Of a stretch of DNA of 64,000 bases, positions 10,820-20,368 are shown one piece after another. Below the pieces are notes generated by a model. It was not told the origin of the DNA, made no database searches, and was given only the letters and a program-made list of their open reading frames with translations. How positions within the stretch are numbered: the stretch's first letter is position 1; each line of letters begins with the position of its first letter. Source of the stretch: Spirochaetia bacterium (lineage in GTDB: Bacteria > Spirochaetota > Spirochaetia > SP-2023). The position numbers and the translations under genes were made by a program. The DNA is taken from contig OZ253665.1 of assembly GCA_965263295.1 (NCBI GenBank), forward strand, positions 704,001-768,000. Direction: 5' to 3'.

Positions 10820-11590
10820 GTGTTTTTTATGAGTCCAGGCCATTTCAATTTAGATGGAAAAGTTGCCGTTGTAAGTGGGTGTAGCACTGGTCTGGGGCAA
10901 GGTATTTGTCTGGGTTTGGCTGAGGCCGGCGCCAATATTGTGGGGGTCGGTTGCGCAGACCCTGCGGCAACGAAAGAAAAAGTGGAGGCTTTGGGGGTCG
11001 GGTTTCTAGGCGTAAAGGCAGACCTTGCAACGATTGCCCCGATTCAAGATGTGCTGGCGCAGGCCGTTACAAGATTTGGAAAAATAGACATTTTGGTAAA
11101 TAATGCGGGAATTATCCGCAGGGAAGATTCGTTGCACTTCACGGAAAAAGACTGGGATGACGTGATGGACCTGAATGCAAAAACCGTATTTTTCTTCTGC
11201 CAGGCCGCAGCAAGACAGTTTATCAAACAGAAGACAGCGGGCAAAATTATTAATATCGCATCCATGCTGTCTTTCCAGGGCGGAGTCCGGGTTGCCTCTT
11301 ATACGACCAGCAAAAGTGGAATAATGGGTTTGACCCGATTGTTGGCGTGTGAGTGGGCAAAACACAAGATCAGCGTCAATGCCATAGCACCTGGATATAT
11401 GGCGACCAATAATACAGAGGCACTGCGAAAAGACCCCCAAAGGAACCGGGAGATTTTGGGTAGAATCCCCGCAGGCAGATGGGGCCTTCCTGCGGATCTG
11501 GCCGGCCCTGTGGTTTTTCTGGCATCGAATGCATCAGATTACGTCAATGGTTACACGCTGGCGGTCGACGGCGGCTGGCTCGCCAGATGA
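10820..11590 (+). CDS. kduD: 2-dehydro-3-deoxy-D-gluconate 5-dehydrogenase (SDR)
   Basis: GCSTGLGQG, NNAGIIRR, ASMLSFQGGVRVASYTTSKSG, VDGGWLAR; directly follows kduI. Confidence 0.95.
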   Translation: MFFMSPGHFNLDGKVAVVSGCSTGLGQGICLGLAEAGANIVGVGCADPAATKEKVEALGVGFLGVKADLATIAPIQDVLAQAVTRFGKIDILVNNAGIIRREDSLHFTEKDWDDVMDLNAKTVFFFCQAAARQFIKQKTAGKIINIASMLSFQGGVRVASYTTSKSGIMGLTRLLACEWAKHKISVNAIAPGYMATNNTEALRKDPQRNREILGRIPAGRWGLPADLAGPVVFLASNASDYVNGYTLAVDGGWLAR

Positions 11591-11644
11591 CGATAATGGA
11601 TTGAACACGGATTTAATCATGAAATTTGAATAAGGAGTACTGAA

Positions 11645-13591
11645 ATGGGGATTGAGATGAAGGGCAGATTTTTACTGGTATTCTGTTGTATTAGCATTGC
11701 CTTGGCGCAAGCTTGTGCCAAGGCAGAGGTGGCGGACAAAGGTGCGGCGGCAGAACCGCAGAATGTCGACAATGCGCTGGAGGCTCCGGTTTTGGCGGCT
11801 TTGGTTAAAGAGGGGAAGCTTCCGCCGGTGGAAGACCGCTTGCCGGTCAAGAGTGACATAATGATTGAGCCGGTGTATGAAGAACTCGGCAAATATGGTG
11901 GGGATCTAAAATTACTGAGCAAGGGGATAAAAGATAAATGGACCATGGAGAAATGGACGGAAGAAGCGCTTTTTCGTTTTACCGTCGATGGCAGTGGCGT
12001 AGAGCCCAACGTGGCCAAGGGATATGACGTAAACGAAGACGCAACCGAATATACCATTTATCTCAGAGAGGGCATGAAATGGTCGGACGGCCAACCTTTT
12101 ACATCGGATGACGTGATTTTTTACTGGGAAGATATGCTGAAAAAAGAGAGTTTTGGCAAAGGCATTAAAAACTGTTTCTATTCGGTGAGTGCCGAGACGG
12201 GGGACAGGGCCCTGGCGGAAATAGCAAAAATTGATGACTACACTTTTAAGGTAACCCATAAATATCCCAGTGTATTATTTTTAGAAAGATTAATGATAGA
12301 CCAGAAATACCTGTACGCACCCGCTCATTTCTATAAGACAATCATGCCGGAATTTATTGGAGAGGAAGCGGCCAAGGCCAAGGCAGAGGAATTCGGATAT
12401 AACGATTTGAAATCATTTTCCCAATGGTTGCAATATTATTACTGGCTATGGAAAGAAGTGCCGACTTTGCGATCATTTGTGCCGGTCAACCGCATTGAGG
12501 ATAATCCCTATATCCTGAAGCGGAATCCGTACTACTTCAAGACCGATGCTGCGGGCAAACAACTTCCGTATATCGACAGGCTTGTCTGCTCTAAAATCAG
12601 CGATGACTCGCATTCCTTATTAGAAGGTATCGCCGGCAATGTGGACATCCGGGATTATCCATTTCCCAATTTTACTCTTCTAAAAGAGAATGAAGAAGCA
12701 GGGGACTACAGAGTTTACCAGTGGAACAGAACTTTGTGGGCCAGTAGCACGCTGCAGCTCAACCAGGCGGCCAAAGATGAGAGGCTCAGGGAAGTATTTC
12801 AGGATATTAGATTCAGGGAAGCCTTGTCGATAAGCGCGGACAGGGATGAGATATCGGAGATAATAACTTCAGGATTGGCCGCACCGCAGCAGGCCTCCGT
12901 GCCTGAGGGCTTGGTAAACTATCAGGAGGGATGGGCCGAGCAGTGGACAGAGCAGGACCTTGCCAGAGCAAATGAACTGCTCGATGAAATGGGTTTGCCA
13001 TATGATTCTGACGGTAAGTATAGAACATTTAAAGACGGCTCGGAATTCACTCTTCTAATTTATACAATAACCGAAAAAGGAGGAGGGGCATTAGAGCAGT
13101 TGCTAGCAGATTATTTTGCGCAGATAGGAATTGACACTATAATAAAGCCAATAAGTGATTCTTACTACCAAGAACTGCTGTTGGCGGGAGAAGTCGATGC
13201 GGTCTGTGTCGATATTGATGTTCTCGCCGTATACTTGCGACCCGATAATCTAGTCCCCTTGCGAACGGTTGTTCCCTGGTATGGTCAGTATGGAACCTAT
13301 ACATCGACAGATGGCCGGAAAGGGATGGAGCCTCAGGGCGACATTGCTCAGCTCTTAACAATTTGGCAAAAAGTAGTCAGTTCGACAAATAAGGCCGATG
13401 TTCTAAAATACTCAGATGAAATAATAAAGCTTCACCGGAAGAATCAGTGGATTCTAGGCTTTGCTGGGACATTTCCTCAGGTTGTGCTGGTGAAGAATAA
13501 TCTGAGAAATGTACCCGACGGCTACATATTTACCGATGAATTCCGCGGACTTGGCCACGGAAAAGTTCAGCAGTTTTTCTTTGAGGGATAA
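11645..13591 (+). CDS. ABC transporter substrate-binding protein, family 5 (probably oligosaccharide-binding lipoprotein)
   Basis: Signal/lipobox-like LAQAC, EAPVLAALVKEGKLPPVEDRLP, LREGMKWSDGQPFTSDDV, RNPYYFKTDAAGKQLPYID. Confidence 0.9.
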   Translation: MGIEMKGRFLLVFCCISIALAQACAKAEVADKGAAAEPQNVDNALEAPVLAALVKEGKLPPVEDRLPVKSDIMIEPVYEELGKYGGDLKLLSKGIKDKWTMEKWTEEALFRFTVDGSGVEPNVAKGYDVNEDATEYTIYLREGMKWSDGQPFTSDDVIFYWEDMLKKESFGKGIKNCFYSVSAETGDRALAEIAKIDDYTFKVTHKYPSVLFLERLMIDQKYLYAPAHFYKTIMPEFIGEEAAKAKAEEFGYNDLKSFSQWLQYYYWLWKEVPTLRSFVPVNRIEDNPYILKRNPYYFKTDAAGKQLPYIDRLVCSKISDDSHSLLEGIAGNVDIRDYPFPNFTLLKENEEAGDYRVYQWNRTLWASSTLQLNQAAKDERLREVFQDIRFREALSISADRDEISEIITSGLAAPQQASVPEGLVNYQEGWAEQWTEQDLARANELLDEMGLPYDSDGKYRTFKDGSEFTLLIYTITEKGGGALEQLLADYFAQIGIDTIIKPISDSYYQELLLAGEVDAVCVDIDVLAVYLRPDNLVPLRTVVPWYGQYGTYTSTDGRKGMEPQGDIAQLLTIWQKVVSSTNKADVLKYSDEIIKLHRKNQWILGFAGTFPQVVLVKNNLRNVPDGYIFTDEFRGLGHGKVQQFFFEG

Positions 13592-13658
13592 AAATAACAC
13601 ACAAAAATGTTTTCAAAACAAAAATCTAGAGTTTGTTCTCTGAAATAGGTAGGTTATC

Positions 13659-14660
13659 TTGCTCAGTTATATTTTTAAACGGATGTTGTTGATGATACCG
13701 TTGGTATTTTTTATATCTGTGGTCGTATTCTTCATTATCCAACTCCCTCCAGGCGATTTTATGAGTACTTACGCCGCTCAGATGGCAGAAGATGGAGAGG
13801 AAGTAAGCCTGGAGATCATTGAGGATTTGAGAGAAGATTACGGACTGGATCAGCCTTGGTATATCCAGTATAGCAAATGGCTATACAACATAGTGGCAGA
13901 GGGGAATTTTGGCTATTCGTTCAGTCATAACAGGCCGGTAATGGATATCATTAGAGAAAAGATGGCCGTGACTCTGCTCATCTCAGGAATCACATTTATT
14001 TTTACTTATGTTGTGGCGATATCAATCGGGGTCTATACGGCGTTGAGGCAGTATTCTCTGGGCGACTATATATTTACTGTAATTGGCTTCCTAGGCATGG
14101 CAACGCCAAACTTTTTGCTGGCAATAATTCTGATGTTTTTATCATTCAAATTCTCTGGCGATCCAATGCTTGGAATCATGTCGCCGCAATTTGTCGGTGC
14201 TCCGATGAGTGGCGATAAGTTTTTGAACATACTGCAGCACTTGGTTATCCCGGTGATTGTCATAGGTACAGCGGGTACCAGTGGATTGATCCGGGTGATG
14301 AGGGCTCAGATCCTGGACGAATTGAATCAGCCATATGTGATAACAGCCCGCGCGAAAGGCCTTGCCGAGAGGGTTATTCTTAGAAAGTATGTAATAAGGG
14401 CGGCTTTGAATCCAATCGTAAGTACCATAGGCTGGTCGCTCACTGGGATATTTACGGGCTCGACAATCACAGCCATAGTATTAAATCTGCCGACTCAGGG
14501 GCCGGTGATGTACAAGGCTCTGATCAGCCAGGATATGTATCTCGCGGGGACATGGCTGTTGTTTATGGCCGTGTTGACTGTCATGGGCACCCTGATATCG
14601 GATATCTTACTGGCATGGCTTGATCCTCGGATCAGGCTCATGGGAAAGGTTATGTATTAA
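13659..14660 (+). CDS. ABC transporter permease (DppB/OppB-like)
   Basis: Multiple TM segments, EAA loop YVITARAKGL, C-terminal LDPRIR. Confidence 0.9.
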   Translation: MLSYIFKRMLLMIPLVFFISVVVFFIIQLPPGDFMSTYAAQMAEDGEEVSLEIIEDLREDYGLDQPWYIQYSKWLYNIVAEGNFGYSFSHNRPVMDIIREKMAVTLLISGITFIFTYVVAISIGVYTALRQYSLGDYIFTVIGFLGMATPNFLLAIILMFLSFKFSGDPMLGIMSPQFVGAPMSGDKFLNILQHLVIPVIVIGTAGTSGLIRVMRAQILDELNQPYVITARAKGLAERVILRKYVIRAALNPIVSTIGWSLTGIFTGSTITAIVLNLPTQGPVMYKALISQDMYLAGTWLLFMAVLTVMGTLISDILLAWLDPRIRLMGKVMY

Positions 14661-14662
14661 AT

Positions 14663-15811
14663 ATGAGGAAGCTAAGGGCTATGCCTGAAAATCAAGAGGG
14701 TGCAGAAGAGAAAATTTATTTTGCCTCGCAGTGGACCTTGATCATAAGAAAGTTAAGACGCCATAAATTGGCTAATGTAAGCATTGTCATTTTAGCTGTA
14801 TTCTATCTGCAGGTAATTCTGGGACAATTCATAGCTCCATATAGTTTAAAGGATTACAACAGCACTTATATAAATGCATCGCCCTCAAAAGTCAGATGGA
14901 TTAGCCCAGATAAAAGATTCATGCCTCATATATATGGACTCAAGACAGTAAGGGACCCCGAAACACTCCGAAAGCTTTTCCGCGAAGATCCTACGCAAAT
15001 ATATCCAGTAAAGTTTTTTGTAAAAGGTTGGGAATACAAATTTTTGGGCTTATTCAAGACAGACCGCCACCTATACGGCATTGAAACAAATTCGGAGAGT
15101 GCGAAAGATGCAAAGGAAGGGAAAATATTCCTGTTTGGTTCCGACTCAATGGGAAGAGATATATTTTCAAGAATAATTCTTGGCAGTCAGATATCTCTAA
15201 CCATACCCCTATTGGGGATACTCATCGGTTTTTTGTTGGGGATAATACTGGGGAGCATCTCCGGCTATTTTGGCGGGCTTTGGGATGCTATCATCCAGCG
15301 AATAATAGACGTAATCCGTTCCTTTCCCACATTGCCATTGTGGATGGCTCTTTCTGCGGCCATACCACCTAAAGTTCCGATTGTAAGGCTGTATATTTAC
15401 ATCGTAATAATTTTGTCGCTTATTTCATGGACTGGTCTGGCTAGAGTGGTAAGGAGTAAATTCATATCTCTTAAAAATGAAGAATATATCATGGCCGCCA
15501 AGCTCAGCGGAGTAAGTAATATGATGATCATTATAAAACATATGATCCCCGGATTTTTTAATTACCTAATTGTAAGTATGACACTCGCGATACCGGGAAT
15601 GATCATCGGAGAAACTTCAATGAGTTTTCTGGGACTGGGCATAAGATCTCCCGCTACGAGCTGGGGAGTATTGCTACAGGAAGCCCGACAGGTAGAGAAC
15701 ATTGCCCTGTATCCGTGGAAATTAATACCTTTAATCTACGTCATTACTTCGGTGCTGGCCTTTAATTTCTTTGGTGATGGGCTCAGGGATGCCGCAGACC
15801 CCTACAAATAA
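14663..15811 (+). CDS. ABC transporter permease (DppC/OppC-like)
   Basis: FGSDSMGRDIFSR, EEYIMAAKLSG, FNFFGDGLRDAADPY. Confidence 0.9.
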   Translation: MRKLRAMPENQEGAEEKIYFASQWTLIIRKLRRHKLANVSIVILAVFYLQVILGQFIAPYSLKDYNSTYINASPSKVRWISPDKRFMPHIYGLKTVRDPETLRKLFREDPTQIYPVKFFVKGWEYKFLGLFKTDRHLYGIETNSESAKDAKEGKIFLFGSDSMGRDIFSRIILGSQISLTIPLLGILIGFLLGIILGSISGYFGGLWDAIIQRIIDVIRSFPTLPLWMALSAAIPPKVPIVRLYIYIVIILSLISWTGLARVVRSKFISLKNEEYIMAAKLSGVSNMMIIIKHMIPGFFNYLIVSMTLAIPGMIIGETSMSFLGLGIRSPATSWGVLLQEARQVENIALYPWKLIPLIYVITSVLAFNFFGDGLRDAADPYK

Positions 15812-15911
15812 ATAAACGAAAGAATAAATTGGTGCCCATAACATATAAAAATAAAAACAGACTCAAGAGTCCTTGTGGGATTAAGGGGACTTGGATTAAG
15901 CGAAGGAAATA

Positions 15912-16961
15912 ATGCATTTGAGTGACGAAAATAAAGAAATATTAAACGTCAAAGAATTGAAACTACATTTTGACACTGATGATGGGCTTTTGAAGGCTCT
16001 GGACGGCGTCAGTTTTACGTTGAAGAAGGGCAAAGTTCTGGGCATAGTTGGAGAATCTGGTTCGGGCAAGACTCTTACAAGCAGGGTGATTTTGGGGATT
16101 GAGCCTGCAAATGCGAAAAGGTCAGGGGAAATCAATTATCGTGATTTTAAACGGCAAGAAACGACTGATCTGCTTTCTTTGGAAAGAGATAGTCCCGTGA
16201 TAAGAAGAATCAGGGGAGGGAAGATTTCCATGATTTTTCAGGAGCCCATGACAGCTTTTTCGCCCTATTATTCAATAGGCAATCAGATTATAGAAGGTAT
16301 ATACCTCCATAAGACGAAAGACAAGAAACAGGCGAAACAAATTGCGCTGGCAATGATGGAGAAAGTAGGTATAAGTAATTCAGCGGTAAGATTCAATCAA
16401 TATCCTTTTGAGTTTTCTGGCGGTATGAGACAGAGGGCGATGATCGCAATGGCCTTGGCATGCCAGCCAGATATCCTTATCGCGGATGAGCCCACGACAG
16501 CAATTGATGTCACGATTCAGGCACAGATTATTGAGTTGATGAAAGAGCTCCAGCAAGATATGGGTATGTCTATTTTGTTTATCACTCATAACCTCGGCGT
16601 GATTTCTGATATATGCGATGAGGTAATCGTGATGTATCTCGGAGAGATTGTAGAATACGGGCCAGTCAACGAAATATTCAATAACCCCAGGCATCCTTAT
16701 ACAAAAGGCTTATTAAAATCTGTTCCCAGAATGGGTGATACAAATAAAACAAAGCTGGAAACAATCCAAGGGGTGGTGCCGGTCCCGATTAATCTGCCTG
16801 CAAGATGTAAGTTCTATGACAGGTGCGAGGTTAGAATAGATGGCTTGTGCGCAGACAAGCTTGTTGCAATGCAAACTGTAGGCGTCGGCCATCAAGTCCG
16901 ATGTTTCCACTATTTGGAAGGATCTGAAACATATAAAAAAGAGTCTGGAGTGGCGGAATAA
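15912..16961 (+). CDS. ABC transporter ATP-binding protein (OppD-like)
   Basis: GESGSGKT, FSGGMRQR, IADEPTTA, HPYT, C-terminal Cys-rich extension. Confidence 0.93.
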   Translation: MHLSDENKEILNVKELKLHFDTDDGLLKALDGVSFTLKKGKVLGIVGESGSGKTLTSRVILGIEPANAKRSGEINYRDFKRQETTDLLSLERDSPVIRRIRGGKISMIFQEPMTAFSPYYSIGNQIIEGIYLHKTKDKKQAKQIALAMMEKVGISNSAVRFNQYPFEFSGGMRQRAMIAMALACQPDILIADEPTTAIDVTIQAQIIELMKELQQDMGMSILFITHNLGVISDICDEVIVMYLGEIVEYGPVNEIFNNPRHPYTKGLLKSVPRMGDTNKTKLETIQGVVPVPINLPARCKFYDRCEVRIDGLCADKLVAMQTVGVGHQVRCFHYLEGSETYKKESGVAE

Positions 16962-16967
16962 ATAGAG

Positions 16968-18011
16968 ATGGCAGAAAAAATATTGGCAATCAGAAACCTG
17001 AATAAACAGTTCGTGACAAAAAGAAATATGTGGGGAAAGGCAAAACAATACACAAAGGCGGTATCAGATGTATCCCTTGATATATATGAAGGTGAAACAC
17101 TAGGGATCGTAGGCGAGTCTGGCTGCGGTAAATCAACTTTATGCAGGTGCATTGTCAGAGGGATTGATAGTACGAGTGGGGAAGTCCTCTATACCAAAAC
17201 CGATGGCTCTCAAGTAGATTTTCTGAAGTCCCAAAGGGATGAGTATAAAGAAATCAGAAAAGAAATACAAATGATATTTCAGGATCCGTTTTCTTCGTTA
17301 GACCCGCGGATGACGGTCTACGACATCCTTTCCGAGCCTTTGAAGGCCGGCTTTCATCTAAAGAGACAAGAGATCGAAAAGGAATTGCAAAATATCGCCG
17401 ATATGGTAGTGATTGATAAAAAATACCTGAAGAGATATCCACATGCATTCTCCGGCGGACAGCGGCAGAGGATCTCGATAGCGCGAGCATTAGTCACGAA
17501 TCCCAGGATCATTGCTTGTGACGAAGCAGTATCAGCCCTTGATGTTTCCATTCAGGCGCAGATAATAAACCTTTTACGGAGACTGAAAGAACATCTTCAG
17601 ATCACTTATATATTTGTATCACACGATCTCTCGGTAGTGGAAAATATATCTGACCGCGTTGTTATAATGTATCTGGGAAAGATTGTGGAACTGGCTCAGA
17701 CCAATGATATTTTCTTTCGCCCCAAGCATCCTTATACTGAAACTCTATTGTCTGCCGTCCCGGTCATAGAAAAAGAATACAAGATGGAAAAGATCATCAG
17801 TCAAGGCGAAATACCTAGTGCAACAAAGGTTCCCAGTGGCTGTGCTTTTCATACAAGATGCCGATTTGTGCAAGACAAATGCCGAGCTGTTGAGCCTGAA
17901 CTGAGGAAAACTGAAGATGGACGCTTTATTGCCTGCCATTTCTATGATGAACTCAAATTACAGGGGATCAAGAAGAGGGTTGAACCCTGTAATGCCAAAA
18001 TAGCCAAATAA
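16968..18011 (+). CDS. ABC transporter ATP-binding protein (OppF-like)
   Basis: GESGCGKS, FSGGQRQR, CDEAVSALD, HPYT. Confidence 0.93.
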   Translation: MAEKILAIRNLNKQFVTKRNMWGKAKQYTKAVSDVSLDIYEGETLGIVGESGCGKSTLCRCIVRGIDSTSGEVLYTKTDGSQVDFLKSQRDEYKEIRKEIQMIFQDPFSSLDPRMTVYDILSEPLKAGFHLKRQEIEKELQNIADMVVIDKKYLKRYPHAFSGGQRQRISIARALVTNPRIIACDEAVSALDVSIQAQIINLLRRLKEHLQITYIFVSHDLSVVENISDRVVIMYLGKIVELAQTNDIFFRPKHPYTETLLSAVPVIEKEYKMEKIISQGEIPSATKVPSGCAFHTRCRFVQDKCRAVEPELRKTEDGRFIACHFYDELKLQGIKKRVEPCNAKIAK

Positions 18012-18100
18012 GTTGGCGGATTAATTGTCATTTATAATATTCCCAGAACCCGATATATTAGTGTCTCCCAAACTCGGATTTGCTTTATAATACACAGCTC

Positions 18101-18137
18101 CAGACCCTGGCCGAGTAACCACGAACAACACGAAAAA
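18101..18137 (+). repeat. partial copy (left end) of the dispersed CACGAA element
   Basis: CAGACCCTGGCCGAGTAACCACGAACAACACGAAAAA matches the left part of 28851-29086 and the reverse complement of 41032-41090. Confidence 0.85.
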
Positions 18138-18202
18138 GGCTGCCCCGCTTAAAAAAGCAGCGGGATGGCCAAAAGCGAATGAGCTCTTTAAAATTAAGGA
18201 CC

Positions 18203-18838
18203 TTATTTTTTCTTCTTAAACCCTGACAAAGTAATGACTTTAACAGGTCCATAATTAAAAATGATGACTGTCAACTCACCTTCCTTGTCACTACCGTGCA
18301 GCTCAATTTCATACTCTTGCAAAGCGTCTAAACCAGAAATCCTTTTAAGAAAGACAAGAACTTCAGCTTTTGTTACTGTCCTTGGGAGTCTTTTCCTGTC
18401 AAGTGAGCTAAAAACATCCCTCAATGCTTCTTTTTCATATTTGATATTCAGTTTAATAGTCTTTTGTTTCGCCCAGTCATACCCGGTCAGCTCTCTCATG
18501 TCGCGGGCGGAAATTGGGATTTCAATTTGTGAGGGTCGAGGATTATCCGCAAGATCAAAAATAGAATTTAAAATTTTCTTAAATTTTCTCTTACAAATTT
18601 GCTTATCAGGATCTGTTAAAGAAGTAATACCAGGCGTGTTTCGGGCTTCCGCAAAAAATGCATCTACAATCTTATCTATGTCAATATCTTGATCGCAAAA
18701 ATAAATGTCTAAAGACTCTGGTACTTTCTCCATGAAAGTCGACCGGGCAGTCGGTTTAGGATCTTCAAAATCTTCGGCCTGGCAAGAGAATATTAGGCTG
18801 GTCAGAAGAATATATATATATATATATATATTCTTCAT
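18203..18838 (-). CDS. orphan lipoprotein with a (TA)10 tract inside its signal peptide
   Basis: MKNIYIYIYILLTSLIFS-C lipobox-like signal; hairpin at about 18138-18170 downstream. Confidence 0.7.
   Translation of the reverse strand: MKNIYIYIYILLTSLIFSCQAEDFEDPKPTARSTFMEKVPESLDIYFCDQDIDIDKIVDAFFAEARNTPGITSLTDPDKQICKRKFKKILNSIFDLADNPRPSQIEIPISARDMRELTGYDWAKQKTIKLNIKYEKEALRDVFSSLDRKRLPRTVTKAEVLVFLKRISGLDALQEYEIELHGSDKEGELTVIIFNYGPVKVITLSGFKKKK
18805..18836. repeat. (TA)10 microsatellite inside a perfect 32-bp palindrome
   Basis: GAAGAA-(TA)10-TTCTTC. Confidence 0.95.
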
Positions 18839-19059
18839 TTTAAAATTCTGCAAAATTAAATGTACAAAATTGAAACATTAAACAAACAACTTCGGGCTGA
18901 TTCCCAGAGTCGTTTCTAACAATTGTCGCTGTGGCGAACGATTGTAAAAAATGTATTTTAACCAATATTAACCTCCTTGTGTGATCGCGTCAGATCGTTG
19001 CGCAAAATTCATGATACACATATAAAATTCATCGGTTATAAAATCAATCATATTAAGAT

Positions 19060-19123
19060 AAATATGAAAAACATAAAAAATTCTAAAACGCCCCCCGCCT
19101 GAACGCCCCTCGCGCCTCCCGTC
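19060..19123 (+). repeat. degenerate partial copy (middle) of the CACGAA element
   Basis: AAAAATTCTAAAACGCCCCCCGCCTGAACGCCCCTCGCGCCTCCCGTC resembles the reverse complement of about 40986-41036 and the middle of the 28851 copy. Confidence 0.75.
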
Positions 19124-19407
19124 GTGCCTCCCGTGTGTGGGGGGGCATGAAGAATGAAAAAGCAGGAATTGAGCAGAAAAGTTGCAGGATGCCTTGTATT
19201 TAGGGCTTTCAAAGGGTAGATGTGGGGCGTTTAAGTTTGAAAAAAATTGCAGGTTTTTGCTGTTTTCTTGGAGAAATTTGTAAAAAACTTGCAGAAATTT
19301 GCAGCCGTTTTTACTGATTCTTCGGGTGCGGTTTCGGCTTTCTGTGGCGGCCGGCCCCGAGAGGGCCCCGGCCAGCTTTTGCCAAATGACAGACTTTGCG
19401 GGCGGTG

Positions 19408-19539
19408 CTAGCGATATCGAAATGCGTGGAGTACGATGAGTGCGGCAGCCATAAATACTTGGTCGCTGATTTCATGGCCAGAGCTGCGCTCGTAGATAGC
19501 CCAGACTGCGACGGCTGTAAACATTATTGCGGTGCCCAT
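19408..19539 (-). CDS. putative 43-aa membrane peptide
   Basis: Hand-translated MGTAIMFTAVAVWAIYERSSGHEISDQVFMAAALIVLHAFRYR, two hydrophobic stretches; no clear RBS. Confidence 0.3.
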   Translation of the reverse strand: MGTAIMFTAVAVWAIYERSSGHEISDQVFMAAALIVLHAFRYR

Positions 19540-19595
19540 GGGGTTCGTTCTCTGTTTTTAAATGCCATAGGCTACGCTATGGCTTTGGGTTTGTG

Positions 19596-19757
19596 CTAAA
19601 ACGGAGAAACCAACAGCGTGATTAGATGCGAAGCATTTTCTTCGTGGCGTTTGGCATTGCCGATACGGATTACGCGATAACCACTATTCTCAAGTAGTGT
19701 CGCAAGCTTGAGCAGTTCGCTGGGTTCCTTCGAGAGCTTAATCTCTGTGTTTTGCAT
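19596..19757 (-). CDS. small hypothetical protein (53 aa)
   Basis: Strong RBS AAGGAG just upstream of ATG 19757; MQNTEIKLSKEPSELL... Confidence 0.6.
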   Translation of the reverse strand: MQNTEIKLSKEPSELLKLATLLENSGYRVIRIGNAKRHEENASHLITLLVSPF

Positions 19758-19774
19758 AAATTTCTCCTTGCCGC

Positions 19775-19803
19775 TTGTCAGGGCGGGCTTTGTGTGATAC
19801 ATT
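19775..19803 (+). promoter_or_regulatory. sigma70-type promoter for the tRNA-like RNA
   Basis: TTGTCA, 17-bp spacer, TACATT, with extended -10 TG at 19795-19796; predicted +1 near 19810. Confidence 0.75.
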
Positions 19804-19809
19804 GGCTAT

Positions 19810-19913
19810 ATAAGCCCTGTGGTAAGTACGCTAGTTGGTAAGCGAGCTCGTCCTCTAAGTGAGGGAACCAGCATATGTCGTTCAAATCGACCCGCCATGT
19901 GGGCTTATTTTTT
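19810..19913 (+). ncRNA. tRNA-like (tRNA-mimic) structured RNA
   Basis: Closing stem ATAAGCCC/GGGCTTAT; TA then D-arm CGCT-AGTTGGTA-AGCG; middle hairpin TCCTC-TAAGT-GAGGG; T-arm GTCG-TTCAAAT-CGAC; 3' T-run. Confidence 0.7.
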
Positions 19914-20100
19914 ATACATAGCATCACCGATAACTCTTTCTGTTTCCCCTAAGCCCACTTTGGTGTAAGTAACTAATTGCAGCGGCCTATTGCCATTCTG
20001 CCTGAATACCACGCGGGCTTCTTCTTTTCTGTTTAACTTGTAAACAAAAAGCCAGGTCTTGTTTGGGTTATCCCAATAGATCGCATTAGGGTTCGACAGA
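19905..20100 (-). pseudogene. C-terminal fragment of a BECR/PBECR-like ribonuclease domain, as seen at the C-terminus of phage MuF/head proteins; 5'-truncated
   Basis: LSNPNAIYWDNPNKTWLFVYK...ARVVF...LVTY pattern; the upstream part of the called ORF is only antisense to the tail chaperone. Confidence 0.5.
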
Positions 20101-20368
20101 TGGCGCGATAGAGCACCTGTGCTTTGTATTTCAGGAGCCCACGGCGGCACAGATGCAGCTCTACAGCGAGCAGGTACAGCGCGACGGCATGGGGGCCAAT
20201 GAGCAACTGCTCTCGCAGCTGGCCGTGGCCTGTGGCAAGGATGATTCGGGCCAGGGCCTGCTAGATCAGATCGGGCCGCACAAGACCGCGCTGGCAACCT
20301 GGGTGCAGGAGTATCTCAACCCTTTGTACGGCGTGCCACTGGAACACAAACCTCTGGTGGCCGTCTAG
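20090..20368 (+). pseudogene. phage tail assembly chaperone (G-like), probably 5'-truncated
   Basis: Frame opens after TAG 20087-20089: ...HLCFVFQEPTAAQMQLYSEQV...; position just upstream of the tape measure gene. Confidence 0.55.

Noticed and set aside
19820..19897. A functional tRNA gene ending in CCA (19895-19897)
   Set aside because: Acceptor stem is incomplete, the CCA is too close to the T-arm and the anticodon arm is non-canonical; kept as a tRNA-like RNA instead
20101..20297. N-terminal half of the 130-aa minus-strand ORF
   Set aside because: Arg/Pro/Ala-rich shadow of the tail chaperone on the other strand
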